Shown here one piece after another: positions 36,279-46,802 of a DNA stretch of 64,000 nucleotides. The number at the start of each line of letters is the position of its first letter. Within the stretch, counting starts at the first letter, position 1. Source of the stretch: Planctomycetota bacterium (GTDB lineage Bacteria; Planctomycetota; Phycisphaerae; WQYP01). The position numbers and the translations under genes were made by a program. The notes below the pieces were generated by a model that was not told where the DNA came from, did not search any database, and worked only from the letters and a program-made list of their open reading frames with translations. The stretch lies in assembly GCA_021827645.1 (NCBI GenBank), contig JAKAVA010000045.1:17410-81409 (forward strand), read 5' to 3'.

Positions 36279-37163
36279 ATGCGTCTGAATACACGTTTAT
36301 CACTGCTCGGAACCGCCATTGCCTCTCTGGGTGCCGTCGCATACGTTGGTGTTGCGTCTGCAAGTACCGTCATCGTCTCTGATGGTTTTTCAGGAACCAA
36401 TGGAGCAGCGGTCAATGGACGTACTCCGGACGGAGTCGACCTACCCGGTTCAACATGGCAGGTCGGGCAGCAGAATGCAGGCGGTACAAGCCCCATGACG
36501 ATTGACACCTTGGTCGGTAATCCAGCGCCATCGGTCAGCACCAATTACAACGACGCCGCAGGAATTAGTATCGCGAGTGTTAATGGCTACACTGAACCGA
36601 GCGTGCTCACGATCAGCGCCGACTTAAACATCGGAACCATCCATGGCGGAAGTTTATCGTACAACAAATATGGAGAGGGACTGGGGTTCTGGGGCACCGT
36701 ACCCACTAACGGGCAGAACAGCTTTACTGGTTTCACTGGAATCGCTATCGATCCCTACGGCGATTTGACATTCATCAACAATGGAACTGCTACCAGTGTA
36801 ACGGCAGCGGCGCCGTCCAGTGCGACGATTTCAAATGGGTACATCACCGGGTTTAACACACTGACCTATTCTGTCGATACCACCACCGGCACGATCACCC
36901 AACTGGTCTTTGATGGCACGAACCTTACCAGCGATTTTTCCAGTGCGGCAGCTTCTTCGACAGGTGCCCCGACCTTTGCCGGGTTCTACTCGGACGAGCC
37001 CTACACGACCAACGCAACCGGGTATGTGGATAATTTCTCGGTTTCAACGACCAGCCCCGTGCCAGAACCAGCTTCGCTGATTTTATTGGCGACCGCGGGT
37101 GTGGGTCTCCTGTGGGTTGGCCGAAAAAACGGAGGAAACCGCAGGAAGCGGGGTGCGCTTTGA
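36279..37163 (+). CDS. PEP-CTERM sorting-domain surface protein
   Basis: Signal peptide MRLNTRLSLLGTAIASLGAVAYVGVASA. C-terminal PVPEPASLILLATAGVGLLWVGRKNGGNRRKR is the PEP motif plus a TM helix and basic tail. AAGGAG at 36266..36271. Confidence 0.85.
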   Translation: MRLNTRLSLLGTAIASLGAVAYVGVASASTVIVSDGFSGTNGAAVNGRTPDGVDLPGSTWQVGQQNAGGTSPMTIDTLVGNPAPSVSTNYNDAAGISIASVNGYTEPSVLTISADLNIGTIHGGSLSYNKYGEGLGFWGTVPTNGQNSFTGFTGIAIDPYGDLTFINNGTATSVTAAAPSSATISNGYITGFNTLTYSVDTTTGTITQLVFDGTNLTSDFSSAAASSTGAPTFAGFYSDEPYTTNATGYVDNFSVSTTSPVPEPASLILLATAGVGLLWVGRKNGGNRRKRGAL

Positions 37164-37213
37164 GCTACATGTTGTCTTGACAGAATTTGCGATCGAACAC
37201 GGAAAAAGATGCT

Positions 37214-38110
37214 ATGGTTGCCAACCGATTATTCGCGGGAACTCGCGAGGTTAGGCGTGGGTTTACACTCGTAGAGCTTTTGGTGGTTATCTCCATCATC
37301 GCTTTACTGATCGCCTTGCTTTTGCCTGCGCTGGCACGAGCCAGAATCTTGACCGCCCGCACCGTCTGCGCGTCTCGCCTTCGGGAGATCGGTCAGGCCA
37401 TTTATGAATACTCGCAGAGCAATCGTGGACAATATCCCACACCAGACCCCTACAATTGGTCGTTCGGCACTCTAGCGTTCTATCCCAACTCTTCTGAAAT
37501 GCCGCCCGGAGAACCGCCGTATCAACCCAATGGACTATGGCAACCATGGGGTTTGGCACTACTCTACACGACGGGAATTCTGCAAAACACGTCGATGATC
37601 TACTGCACACAGCCCGGTGATTTTTTTGGCCAGACCTTGGATGCCAACAATCCCACGGCGGGTTTGCAGACTGCCCTGAATAAGGCGAATGGACAGTGGA
37701 AGTTGGTGCAGTGGCAGAACGTTGACGCCGGGTATTGCTATTGCTACAAGATGCAGCAGGGTTATCAGCCGACTCCCAATGGGCCGGCTGAAACGCAGTT
37801 CTGCAACTATGAACCCGGCCACAATTATGTCCAACAACCTACAAGCGCCGGATCGGATGTTCTGGCCACCGATATTGATGTCACAGTCAGTGGAAGCTGG
37901 ACCATTATCGGCGCCAATCACGTGGACACTCCTTCTCTGCAATATCGTGGAATGCCGGATGGCGCCAACGAGCTCTACAACGATGGTTCCGTGCACTGGA
38001 TCGGATCGCCGGATATGGCGCATGCCGGCTATGGCGGCGGAACGGACGATCAGGGGGCGACCGGCCTGACGATCGGCAATCAGTCCAACGGGTTAGCTTA
38101 TTGGCGATAG
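37214..38110 (+). CDS. DUF1559-type protein with prepilin N-terminal cleavage/methylation domain (pseudopilin-like)
   Basis: [31 protein letters not shown], and a C-terminal [14 protein letters not shown] (DG-containing motif typical of planctomycetal DUF1559/H-X9-DG proteins). The track ORF starts at TTG 37187. Confidence 0.85.
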   Translation: MVANRLFAGTREVRRGFTLVELLVVISIIALLIALLLPALARARILTARTVCASRLREIGQAIYEYSQSNRGQYPTPDPYNWSFGTLAFYPNSSEMPPGEPPYQPNGLWQPWGLALLYTTGILQNTSMIYCTQPGDFFGQTLDANNPTAGLQTALNKANGQWKLVQWQNVDAGYCYCYKMQQGYQPTPNGPAETQFCNYEPGHNYVQQPTSAGSDVLATDIDVTVSGSWTIIGANHVDTPSLQYRGMPDGANELYNDGSVHWIGSPDMAHAGYGGGTDDQGATGLTIGNQSNGLAYWR

Positions 38111-38683
38111 ATACCGGGTGGATCAAGCTGAAGCTCGTGACCATGACAGACAGCGACCCGACCGATGGATGGCATCATATTTGAAACTCGCAGGCGTCGG
38201 CATGGATAACCCATTGAGCCGACAGGATAGTACGGTGACTGCGCAGATCTTGGTTGGTGATTCTGGTGCGACTAGTGGAATATCTGGCTGCAATGTGCAG
38301 TTATCATCGCCTCAAAACGTCTCAGACATCCCCGATGCGCAACATGGTGTGCAATGCATGAACCGAACCGTAAACTCTCCTCCTTGTGCATCACTCGGAC
38401 AATTAAATCTTGGAGCTGCCTGTCCAAAGATCATGCAACAAGGGCGTGTTGATTGAGCGGTGGCCGTATGGGATGGTGAAGTCTTTACTGGTATGATTCG
38501 GCAGGCCGCGCAAGGGAAGGAACACGAGGGGATAACGGCGGATGAACGCGTCGGTGGCCGGGCAGCAGTAGACCAGGGAGATGCCCGCGAGAATGATGAT
38601 TCAGACTGCCGGAGCACGAATTGGTTTGTTGATTATTATTTAATGTCAAACCGTTGGATGAACGGGAAACACGGGTGAAATCG

Positions 38684-41032
38684 ATGATAACATTAAAACA
38701 GATTGCTGTGATGCTCGCTTTTGCCTGCGCTGTAACTTTTGCGGCGTGTGCGCGCAGCAGTCCTCATCGGGAATATTCCTTGACGCTTTGGAATTGGGAT
38801 CCATCGTGCGCCCACTTGAGCGAGTTTAAACGCTGGGCCCGGGATTTTAAGGCGATTGGTGGTACGGAAATTTATATTTCCGCGGCGTGGAAAAGGCTTG
38901 AGCCAATGCCGGGGCATTACCGATTTGGCTTTATTGCCCGTCGTTTGGCGGTTGCACGAAAAATCGGCCTTCGATTGGGCGTGCGAATCAACAGTTATTG
39001 GGGAGGGGCCACTCCAAGTTGGCTGCATGTCGATAAGATGGAATATGAGTCCGGCAAAGTCACATCGCTTAACATACCATCCATCAATGATCCGCGATTC
39101 TGGCGGGCATTTTCACCCCTCTGCACGCATCTGGCCAAACATTTCCGTGGACAGCATGTCGATTGGTGTGCATTTATTGGATCTCAGGCGGAAAATAAAT
39201 ATGGCAGTTGGTGTACATTTGACCCGGCAAGTTTGAAACTTTGGCGCAAAACTGTTCGTGCAAACCCCCGACCACGTTGGTTGGCCCGCATTGTAGGCGA
39301 TGCACCATTGCCGCAAACTCCTCCAGTTCCCGGTACAACCCATGGCACGCCTGACAGTACCGCGGCCGATATGGCGTTCATTGCCTTTCGTCAGGAGAAT
39401 TGGCGGACGGCACTGAAAAGATTCAATCGTGCCATTCGGGCAGGAGACCCCAAGGCAGGTATTGTTGTGCAATTGGGAGAAAGCTATCGCTCCGGCTCGG
39501 CGGAGATGTCAAACCTCGACTATTACGGCATGTCCCGAGGTGCTGACAAAATTCTCCAAAGTTACGATTTTGATTTAAACGCACATCAGGGCATATGGAA
39601 AATGCAGGCGGATCTGGCAACATTCCAAGGCATCACGCTTAAACCGGTGGTCATCGAATTTGATGATCCCGTCGGAATGGCCGCTCTGGGATATACGTCG
39701 GCGTTTCTTACCGCGATGGGAAAAGCGGCGGTAGAGCAGGGATGTGGTATTGAAGAATGCAACGCGGGTGGATACAAGACTCTGCCTTCAGGTTATTCCT
39801 ACATGAAAAAATGGGGGCAGATATGCGAGACAGCAGGACCGACACGGGCAATGCGCCGTGATGCCCGGCACACTATTTTGCTGTATGTCTCCAAGTGGGC
39901 CAATTACTGTTACCGTGAACCGACCCGCTGGCTCAACCTCGCACAGTTCGGCGCTTGGCGCATGCTCAAAACGAACGGTTACAGGGTCCGAATCATCTGT
40001 GGGGATGATTTGAAGGAAAGCCTCAATGACTATCGAGGGCTCTACGTTGCCTTCTCACCCGAGCAACTTATACCGATGGCAACGCGTCGCCGACTGTTAA
40101 AATTGGAATCGGTGTTGCCGACGATTGTAGAAATTAAAAACATTCCGCGTAAATTGAGAAATCAGCCTATTGTTGTTGAAAACTTTGCAGGCAGAACGCA
40201 ATCGGTTTTAGCAGCAGGCTGCACGCCGGCTGTCGATCTTCCCTCAACTCGCTGGAGGTTTTATTCGCAGGACGCTGCAGGATATCTGCACTCACCGATG
40301 CGTGTTTCCCGTGGACCCGAAGCTGGAACTCATAGCTGCAGGACAAACTTCAACGACGCCGCGTACATCCGCCTTCGCAAATTGGGGCATGATCACCTCC
40401 CGGGAATCATTACCGTTCGAGCTCAGGTGCAGGTAGATACCGCTGACCGGGTTGGTGTGGGTTTCTACTCCAAGCCGCCGAGAGACGCCACCGATGGCTT
40501 TTCGGGATTCTTCATCAATCGTGATAACGGGCAGCTTCAATTGTGCGTTGATGGTAACCTTGTCGGCCCGCCAAGACCCGCGCCATTCCTGGGCTGGCAG
40601 GCCGGGAAGTTTTACACCGTGTCTTTAAGTATAAATACCCATACCGGAGAGGTAGCATCCCTCTCTTACGACGGGCATGATATGACGCAGGAGTTTAATC
40701 AGCCAATAAGAGGATTTGGAAAATCATCGACCGCTTACGCAGGTTTTTTCGGCTGGTCGGGCTCAAGTGCTTCCGCCACGGGATATGTAGCCAATTTTGA
40801 GGTTCTCGGGCATGGCGCGACATTTTCCGGTCATGCACCCGGCATCGGAACCTTCGCCCGTTATGTTCCGGGTTTACCGATTGCACCTGAATTATCTCAT
40901 CCGGTAAGACTAAGCCCCCGCAAGGTTATCCTGGGTTATCCATTGGCTTACATTTGGAACAGCGGGCTTGATCATGCCGCCCAGCAACGGGTTCTGCTTT
41001 GGGCCATAAGAAATACTTGGGGGCGGAAATAG
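38684..41032 (+). CDS. putative glycoside hydrolase (clan GH-A/GH42-like TIM barrel) with C-terminal LamG/concanavalin-like domain
   Basis: From ATG 38684: MITLKQIAVMLAFACAVTFAAC (lipoprotein-like). AAWKRLEPMPGHYRFGFIARRLAVARKIGLRLGVRI...PSWL resembles the GH42/GH-A N-terminus. The C-terminal VGVGFYSKPP...GFFINRDNGQLQLCVDGNLVG is lectin-like. The family assignment is tentative. Confidence 0.5.
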   Translation: MITLKQIAVMLAFACAVTFAACARSSPHREYSLTLWNWDPSCAHLSEFKRWARDFKAIGGTEIYISAAWKRLEPMPGHYRFGFIARRLAVARKIGLRLGVRINSYWGGATPSWLHVDKMEYESGKVTSLNIPSINDPRFWRAFSPLCTHLAKHFRGQHVDWCAFIGSQAENKYGSWCTFDPASLKLWRKTVRANPRPRWLARIVGDAPLPQTPPVPGTTHGTPDSTAADMAFIAFRQENWRTALKRFNRAIRAGDPKAGIVVQLGESYRSGSAEMSNLDYYGMSRGADKILQSYDFDLNAHQGIWKMQADLATFQGITLKPVVIEFDDPVGMAALGYTSAFLTAMGKAAVEQGCGIEECNAGGYKTLPSGYSYMKKWGQICETAGPTRAMRRDARHTILLYVSKWANYCYREPTRWLNLAQFGAWRMLKTNGYRVRIICGDDLKESLNDYRGLYVAFSPEQLIPMATRRRLLKLESVLPTIVEIKNIPRKLRNQPIVVENFAGRTQSVLAAGCTPAVDLPSTRWRFYSQDAAGYLHSPMRVSRGPEAGTHSCRTNFNDAAYIRLRKLGHDHLPGIITVRAQVQVDTADRVGVGFYSKPPRDATDGFSGFFINRDNGQLQLCVDGNLVGPPRPAPFLGWQAGKFYTVSLSINTHTGEVASLSYDGHDMTQEFNQPIRGFGKSSTAYAGFFGWSGSSASATGYVANFEVLGHGATFSGHAPGIGTFARYVPGLPIAPELSHPVRLSPRKVILGYPLAYIWNSGLDHAAQQRVLLWAIRNTWGRK

Positions 41033-41089
41033 ACAGTGTATTAAATCGCCGGGCGTAATGGGAATCTCAGCGGTGCACCGTTGGATACC

Positions 41090-44062
41090 ATGATAAAGAC
41101 ATGTTCTTTCTACAAAGGAGTCAGCGGCGTGCTGAAATTCCGATTATCCGCCGCAATAGCGATTATTGAACTCGTTGTTATGGCAATCGGCAGTCACCGG
41201 ACCGTTGCGATGCCCGATACGTTGCAACTTCGGAACGAACTCCGTGTGGTACCACCAAGGGTGAAGTGGGAGGCTCAATGGATCTCCGCCCCGCTACCCC
41301 GGCGTAACCCGCTGGGAAAGCTGAACTGGATGTGGGGGAACGCAGGCGGCGGCAGCTCAACTCTGAGTCGTGTGTGGTTCCGTCGGCAACTAACCATACC
41401 CGGTGACGTCCGCGTTCGCCGGGCGGTATTTGATCTCACAGCTGATGAACAGTTCACGCTTTTTGTCAACGGCGTACAGGCTGCCCAGACGACGCAATAT
41501 CGCGGCGCAAATTGGAATCACATTTACCATCCTGATATCGGCCGGTTGCTGCACCCCGGAGTCAATACGCTGGCCATCACCGCCGCCAATGCGGGCGACA
41601 ATATCAATTACGCAGGGCTGATAGGGACCCTGACCATCCAGCTCTCCACAGGTGCCAAGGTGCATGTGCCCGTCGATTCAACCTGGATGACGACTGAAAA
41701 CACGCCGCCATCCGGATGGAATCGATCGGGATTCAAACCTGCGAATTGGGAACCCGCCCACCGCATCACCCAATGGGGCGGCGCTCCCTGGGGCCATCGA
41801 CCGAATCCGCAACATGCGCTACCGCTCTTTCGCCATGGTTTTTTCATCAGTCGACGGATAAATCGGGCAACCATGTTTGTCTCGGGGTTGGGGCAATATG
41901 ATCTGTTCATTAACGGCCACAAGGTTGGCGATGATGTCATGCAGCCGGGTTGGACGGATTATAAAAAAACCGTTTCATATAACGCCTATAACGTCACTAC
42001 TCTCCTGCACCGGGGGCGTAATGTGATCGGCATGATGTTGGGTACGGGGATGTATGATTGTCCCGAGGGGACACGCCGATATGAACACGCGCCGAATCCT
42101 TACGGCCGGCCTGAACTCATACTGCAATTGCAGTTATCGTTCCGCGATGGCAGCCGCAAAACTATTATCAGCAGCAACCGATGGCGCACCACCCCGGGAC
42201 CGGTGACATTTTCATCCATCTATGGCGGCGAGGATTATGACGCACTGAAAGCAATCGCGGGTTGGGATACTTCCAGGTTCAATGCAGCGCATTGGCAATC
42301 GGCGGTGGTCATGCACGGCCCCGGCGGGGTGCTCAAGGCGCAGATCGCACCACCCGTGAGGATCATGCGGATTTACAGACCTGTCCGCATCACGCATCCG
42401 ATGCCGAGGGTAGCTGTGTATGATCTGGGCCAGAACATGGCGGGCCAATTTGTTATCAAAGCCCGCGGACCGGCGGGCTCCATGCTGATTGTCTATCCTT
42501 CCGAGTTACTGCACGCAAACGGCACAGAGTGGCAATCCTGTGCTGGCCCGATCTGGTGCACGTACACCCTTAACGGGAGAGGAATCAATACATTCCACCC
42601 GTTTTTCGCCTATTACGGCTTCCGCTATCTCCAAATCAATACCGTTGCCCCACTCCGCGCCCCGGACGGGCGACCGACGATTTTAAGCGTAATCGGCGAG
42701 GCGACCCATACATCGTCTCCCACGATCGGCTATTTCCAATGCAGCAATAATCTGCTGAACAAAATTCATCACCTTATCACCATGGCCATGGTGAACAACA
42801 TGGAAAGCATTATTACCGACTGCCCCACAAGGGAAAAAACCGGCTGGTTGGAGGATACCTATCTCGTGGGGCCGGGGATGATGGACAACTATTTTGTGCC
42901 CCGACTCTATGAGCAGACCGCCGCCAATATGCGTGATGCGCAATGGGCCGACGGCATGGTGCCCGATTTTGCTCCGCAATATTTCAACTATCCGGGTGGG
43001 TTTGTTGATTCCCCGGAATGGGGAAGCGCCTGTATTCTTGATCCATGGCTCATCTATAAATATTTTGGGGATAAACGTATATTGGACGATAACTATGGAA
43101 TGATGACGCGATATCTGAAGTACCTCAAATCCCGGGCGGTAAACGGCATGATCGCCTATGGCCTGGGAGATTGGTTCGACCTGGGACCAAGGCCACCGGG
43201 AGTTGAACAACTGACCACCATGGGAGTGACAGCGACCGCCACGTGGTATCGGGATATCACCGTCATGATAAAAATCGCCCGTGTGCTGGGCCACCACCAT
43301 GCGGCCGATCAATTCAGCGTTGAGGCAACGCGCGTGCGGGCGGCATTTAACCGCAGGTTTTATCACCCGGCCACCGGCCAATATGATCGCGGCAGCCAAT
43401 GTGCTGATGCCATGGCCTTGGCGACAGGAATTGTCCGAAAAGCAGACCGGTCAAGGGTAATCTCTCATCTGGTTGCCAATGTTCGCAAACATGACTACCA
43501 CACTACAGCAGGTGATATCGGATTTCATTACGTCGTGAAGGCATTGATGACTTCCGGGCAATCGGAGTTGCTCTTTAAGATGGCGATGCAAACCACGCCG
43601 CCCAGTTACGGCTATCAGATTCTCCATGGTGCAACATCCCTTACTGAGGCATGGAATGCTTTACCAGCCGATTCACAGGACCACTTTATGTTGGGTCATA
43701 TTGAAGAATGGTTTTTCCAAGGCCTTGGGGGCATACGAATCGATCTGGCGCGGAAGCCCGGAAGGCAGTTGGAGATTCGCCCGGCGGTGCTGAAAAATCT
43801 CAAGTGGGTGCATGTGAGCTATGATTCCGTTCTAGGTAGAGTAACCAGCCATTGGCAACATCGCGGACATCATTTGCTTATGCACTTTGTCATTCCGCCG
43901 CACATCACCGCCCGGGTGTATATTCCCGCGTCACGCGACGCAACGGTAACAATCAACGGCAAGCCTCCGGTGCAAACACACATTAGAGTTTTACCCACAA
44001 GCCATGGCTACCGAATCTGTGTCATGCCCGGCGGCGATTATCGGATTGTTGTAGCGCAGTAG
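41090..44062 (+). CDS. GH78 alpha-L-rhamnosidase
   Basis: MFVSGLGQYDLFINGHKVGDDVMQPGWTDYKKTVSYNAYNVTTLLHRGRNVIGMMLGTGMY (rhamnosidase N-domain), ITDCPTREKTGWLEDT and a six-hairpin region (GDWFDLGP..., HFMLGHIEEWFFQGLGGI). The track ORF starts at TTG 41081. Confidence 0.85.
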   Translation: MIKTCSFYKGVSGVLKFRLSAAIAIIELVVMAIGSHRTVAMPDTLQLRNELRVVPPRVKWEAQWISAPLPRRNPLGKLNWMWGNAGGGSSTLSRVWFRRQLTIPGDVRVRRAVFDLTADEQFTLFVNGVQAAQTTQYRGANWNHIYHPDIGRLLHPGVNTLAITAANAGDNINYAGLIGTLTIQLSTGAKVHVPVDSTWMTTENTPPSGWNRSGFKPANWEPAHRITQWGGAPWGHRPNPQHALPLFRHGFFISRRINRATMFVSGLGQYDLFINGHKVGDDVMQPGWTDYKKTVSYNAYNVTTLLHRGRNVIGMMLGTGMYDCPEGTRRYEHAPNPYGRPELILQLQLSFRDGSRKTIISSNRWRTTPGPVTFSSIYGGEDYDALKAIAGWDTSRFNAAHWQSAVVMHGPGGVLKAQIAPPVRIMRIYRPVRITHPMPRVAVYDLGQNMAGQFVIKARGPAGSMLIVYPSELLHANGTEWQSCAGPIWCTYTLNGRGINTFHPFFAYYGFRYLQINTVAPLRAPDGRPTILSVIGEATHTSSPTIGYFQCSNNLLNKIHHLITMAMVNNMESIITDCPTREKTGWLEDTYLVGPGMMDNYFVPRLYEQTAANMRDAQWADGMVPDFAPQYFNYPGGFVDSPEWGSACILDPWLIYKYFGDKRILDDNYGMMTRYLKYLKSRAVNGMIAYGLGDWFDLGPRPPGVEQLTTMGVTATATWYRDITVMIKIARVLGHHHAADQFSVEATRVRAAFNRRFYHPATGQYDRGSQCADAMALATGIVRKADRSRVISHLVANVRKHDYHTTAGDIGFHYVVKALMTSGQSELLFKMAMQTTPPSYGYQILHGATSLTEAWNALPADSQDHFMLGHIEEWFFQGLGGIRIDLARKPGRQLEIRPAVLKNLKWVHVSYDSVLGRVTSHWQHRGHHLLMHFVIPPHITARVYIPASRDATVTINGKPPVQTHIRVLPTSHGYRICVMPGGDYRIVVAQ

Positions 44063-44209
44063 ATTGGGAGAGAATCTTCAGGGGGACGGAAAGACTCCGA
44101 TTGCAGCGTCAATCGTGCCCTGATCGTTCTGCGTTTTCACTTCTCACGGGGCGATGGGCACATTTGCGGGCCGTATTGGCAACCTGACACAGATGTCCCA
44201 ATCAATATC

Positions 44210-45229
44210 TCATCGGCCAATTTGCACCTCGGCGAGCCCGTCGGGCTGAGATACCGCCACTATCGGCACGGAAAGAAAGCGGCGAATTACTTCGATATTG
44301 GTCTGAGCATGGCTGCTCAGCGGCATGGTGACAAACCGACCGCTACCGGCCAAGGCCATCGGCAACAGCAGTTGATCCGCCAGATGACGGCCGACCGGGG
44401 CGTTCGAACTGATATACGTCCGCATTTCTTTGACGAGGCGCTCAATCATGGCGGCGGACGAGAGTTCCTTTTCGCCGCAACCTACCAATATTTCCGTAAT
44501 ATGCTCGGCCTGCAGACTCAGAACCACAGCGTTGCCCGGCCCCACCGAATTCGGCAATATCTCAACAACGATGTCCTCGCTTCCCAGCGTGGTCCACTGC
44601 ATGAGCAATTCACGTTGACGCTCGGCGATGCCGGACGCGAGCCCGGCGACCAATATGCGGGCAGTACGGCGAACGATCGTGCCGCGGGCGGCAATATCGA
44701 TGGGCGCTAACCGGGAACACGGCTCGATCCGGACGGAAAATTCCCCACCGCCGGCGGGATAAAAACCGGGTCGGTGCAACTCCGCTTCAACACGTGGGCC
44801 CATTTTATTGATCCACGGAAGAAAACATTCCGCCAGATGCGGATACGGGGGCGCAAACGGGTTGTGCGTGCCGCCACTGAGTTGCAATTCGCTCGGCTCA
44901 CCGGCAATCATAAGTGCGGGCAGGACGGTCTGAAGCACGAGGGTGGCGCTGCCGGCGGTTCCCACGGCAAACCGATACTTTCCCCCGCGCACGGGACCAG
45001 GCGTAAATTGCAACCGGCATGATCCGAGTTCGCCGCCCTCGACGGTGGCATGGCAGATGGCCTGCGCCGCCGCCAGCGCTGTAAGATGCTGGCGCATGAG
45101 ACCCGGGCGACGCCGTTTGGCGCGGATGTTTTCAATGACAAAAGGAGTGCGGGTTACCATCGACAGAGAAAGGGCGGTCCGAAGGACCTGCCCGCCCCCC
45201 TCACCTGTCGATCCATCAAGCAATATCAT
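44210..45229 (-). CDS. rtcA: RNA 3'-terminal phosphate cyclase
   Basis: MILLDGSTGEGGGQVLRTALSLSMVTRTPFVIENIRAKRRRPGLMRQHL..., 339 aa, immediately downstream of rtcB. Confidence 0.95.
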   Translation of the reverse strand: MILLDGSTGEGGGQVLRTALSLSMVTRTPFVIENIRAKRRRPGLMRQHLTALAAAQAICHATVEGGELGSCRLQFTPGPVRGGKYRFAVGTAGSATLVLQTVLPALMIAGEPSELQLSGGTHNPFAPPYPHLAECFLPWINKMGPRVEAELHRPGFYPAGGGEFSVRIEPCSRLAPIDIAARGTIVRRTARILVAGLASGIAERQRELLMQWTTLGSEDIVVEILPNSVGPGNAVVLSLQAEHITEILVGCGEKELSSAAMIERLVKEMRTYISSNAPVGRHLADQLLLPMALAGSGRFVTMPLSSHAQTNIEVIRRFLSVPIVAVSQPDGLAEVQIGR

Positions 45230-45290
45230 GTCCGCACTTCCAACGAATCCTCCGGCCGAAACCGGATATCGAATCTATTTTTACCCATCA

Positions 45291-46802
45291 TTAATCATCC
45301 GCCCTGTCGGAATCTTTAATAACGAAGCGGGCTTTGAGGCGGGCCACCTCATCGGCCAGCCCCGCCAGCCGAACGCTCTCGAGCACCTGGTCAAAGTCCT
45401 TATACGCCGCCGGCGCTTCATCCCGCGGGTAGTTGCGGCAGTTGGTCAAAATGTCCTGCGACGCAAAGGATTCGTCAATGGAACGCTGATCCAGTTGACG
45501 AATGGCGGACCGGCGGCCCATGGCTCGACCGGCACCATGATTGACGCTGAAACAACTCTTTTCCGCGCCCGCCGCGGCAACCATAACCGCTGAACCAGCC
45601 TGCGGGTTGCCGGGAAGCAAGATCGGGTGGCCGACGTCGGCAAAGGGTGTATCCGCCAGCGACGGGTGCCCCGCCGGGAACGCCCGCGTGGCGCCCTTGC
45701 GATGAACCCACTGCTTGCAGCCATCCATCATCTCCTGCCGGGCGATATTGTGGCTGATCATATAAACCAATTCTCCGGTCGTGCCGGGCAGAACCTCGGC
45801 GAAAGCCTCCAGCACGAGTGCGTTGATCAGCAGGTGGTTGACCGTGGCGAAGTTGGCGCCCATGCTCATGTCATCAATATAGGCGTCCGCTTCGGGCGTG
45901 CCGAGCGGGGCATAAACCAATTCCCGATCGTCGCCGGGCAGCGGGATGTTCCACCGGGAAAAATGCTCCTGCAGGCGACGAAATTGGGTGTTCGCAAGCT
46001 GGTACCCAAACCCCCGCGATCCGCAGTGCGAAAGAAATGCCACATGGCCGTCTTTAAGGCCGAAGCGTTCCGCCGCGCTGCGACTTCGCGGGTTATCCGC
46101 CACCTGCACGACTTCACATTCACCAAAGTGATTTCCACCGCCATAGGAGCCGAGTTGTGAAAAGCGTGAATCCAGGTTTTTTGTCGCGCCATGCTGCAGG
46201 GCATCCCAACGGGCCCCAAGGGCATCCGCCGAGCCATCATGCCCGCGGTGCCACGCATCTTCACAGCGGACGGCCCAGACGGGGGGAATCCCCAGCGCGC
46301 GGCAGACCGACTCAGACGCCCCCTGCGTCACCGCCTCAAGTCCGACGGCACGCGCGATGTATCGGGACTTTTTGGCCGACCGGTGTCCCCGCCCCGCACC
46401 GGTGGGCACGCGTTCGACGATGGCGTCAATCAACGCCCGGCGTGTGGGCTTATCCGAAATCACCTCCGCCGGCACGTTGAGCTGCAGCAGGCTCATGGAG
46501 CATTTAATGTCCACGCCCACCGGCCCCGGATAAATGTGCGTCGGCGATGCCAGGACACAACCGACCGGAGCGCCGTAGCCAGCGTGAGCATCGGGATTGA
46601 GCACCAGCGCACTGACGCCCGGCGCCGAGCGGGAATTCAATGCCTGCTTGATACACAGGCCGTCGAACTTCTCGCGTATTTCCGGCGTGCCGATGACCGT
46701 AATCGGCGTGAGTTTTGGATCACGGGCCGGCAGTATGGCCGTCGCTTCGCCTGTCGGGATGAAGCGTTCCTGCGTGACGGGTTCTGTTTCGATGATGTCC
46801 AT
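45291..46802 (-). CDS. rtcB: RtcB RNA ligase (3'-phosphate/5'-hydroxyl)
   Basis: NPDAHAGYGAPVGCV, SYGGGNHFGECE, SHCGSRGFG, MISHNIARQE, VHRKGATRAF, NHGAGR. Full RtcB metal/GMP-binding motif set in a 503-aa long form. AAGGAG lies 9 nt upstream of the ATG. Confidence 0.95.
   Translation of the reverse strand: MDIIETEPVTQERFIPTGEATAILPARDPKLTPITVIGTPEIREKFDGLCIKQALNSRSAPGVSALVLNPDAHAGYGAPVGCVLASPTHIYPGPVGVDIKCSMSLLQLNVPAEVISDKPTRRALIDAIVERVPTGAGRGHRSAKKSRYIARAVGLEAVTQGASESVCRALGIPPVWAVRCEDAWHRGHDGSADALGARWDALQHGATKNLDSRFSQLGSYGGGNHFGECEVVQVADNPRSRSAAERFGLKDGHVAFLSHCGSRGFGYQLANTQFRRLQEHFSRWNIPLPGDDRELVYAPLGTPEADAYIDDMSMGANFATVNHLLINALVLEAFAEVLPGTTGELVYMISHNIARQEMMDGCKQWVHRKGATRAFPAGHPSLADTPFADVGHPILLPGNPQAGSAVMVAAAGAEKSCFSVNHGAGRAMGRRSAIRQLDQRSIDESFASQDILTNCRNYPRDEAPAAYKDFDQVLESVRLAGLADEVARLKARFVIKDSDRADD

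Noticed and set aside
42683-43399. 238-aa minus-strand ORF inside GH78.
   Set aside because: Antisense to a region with clear rhamnosidase motifs (TDCPTREKTGWLED), with no features of its own.
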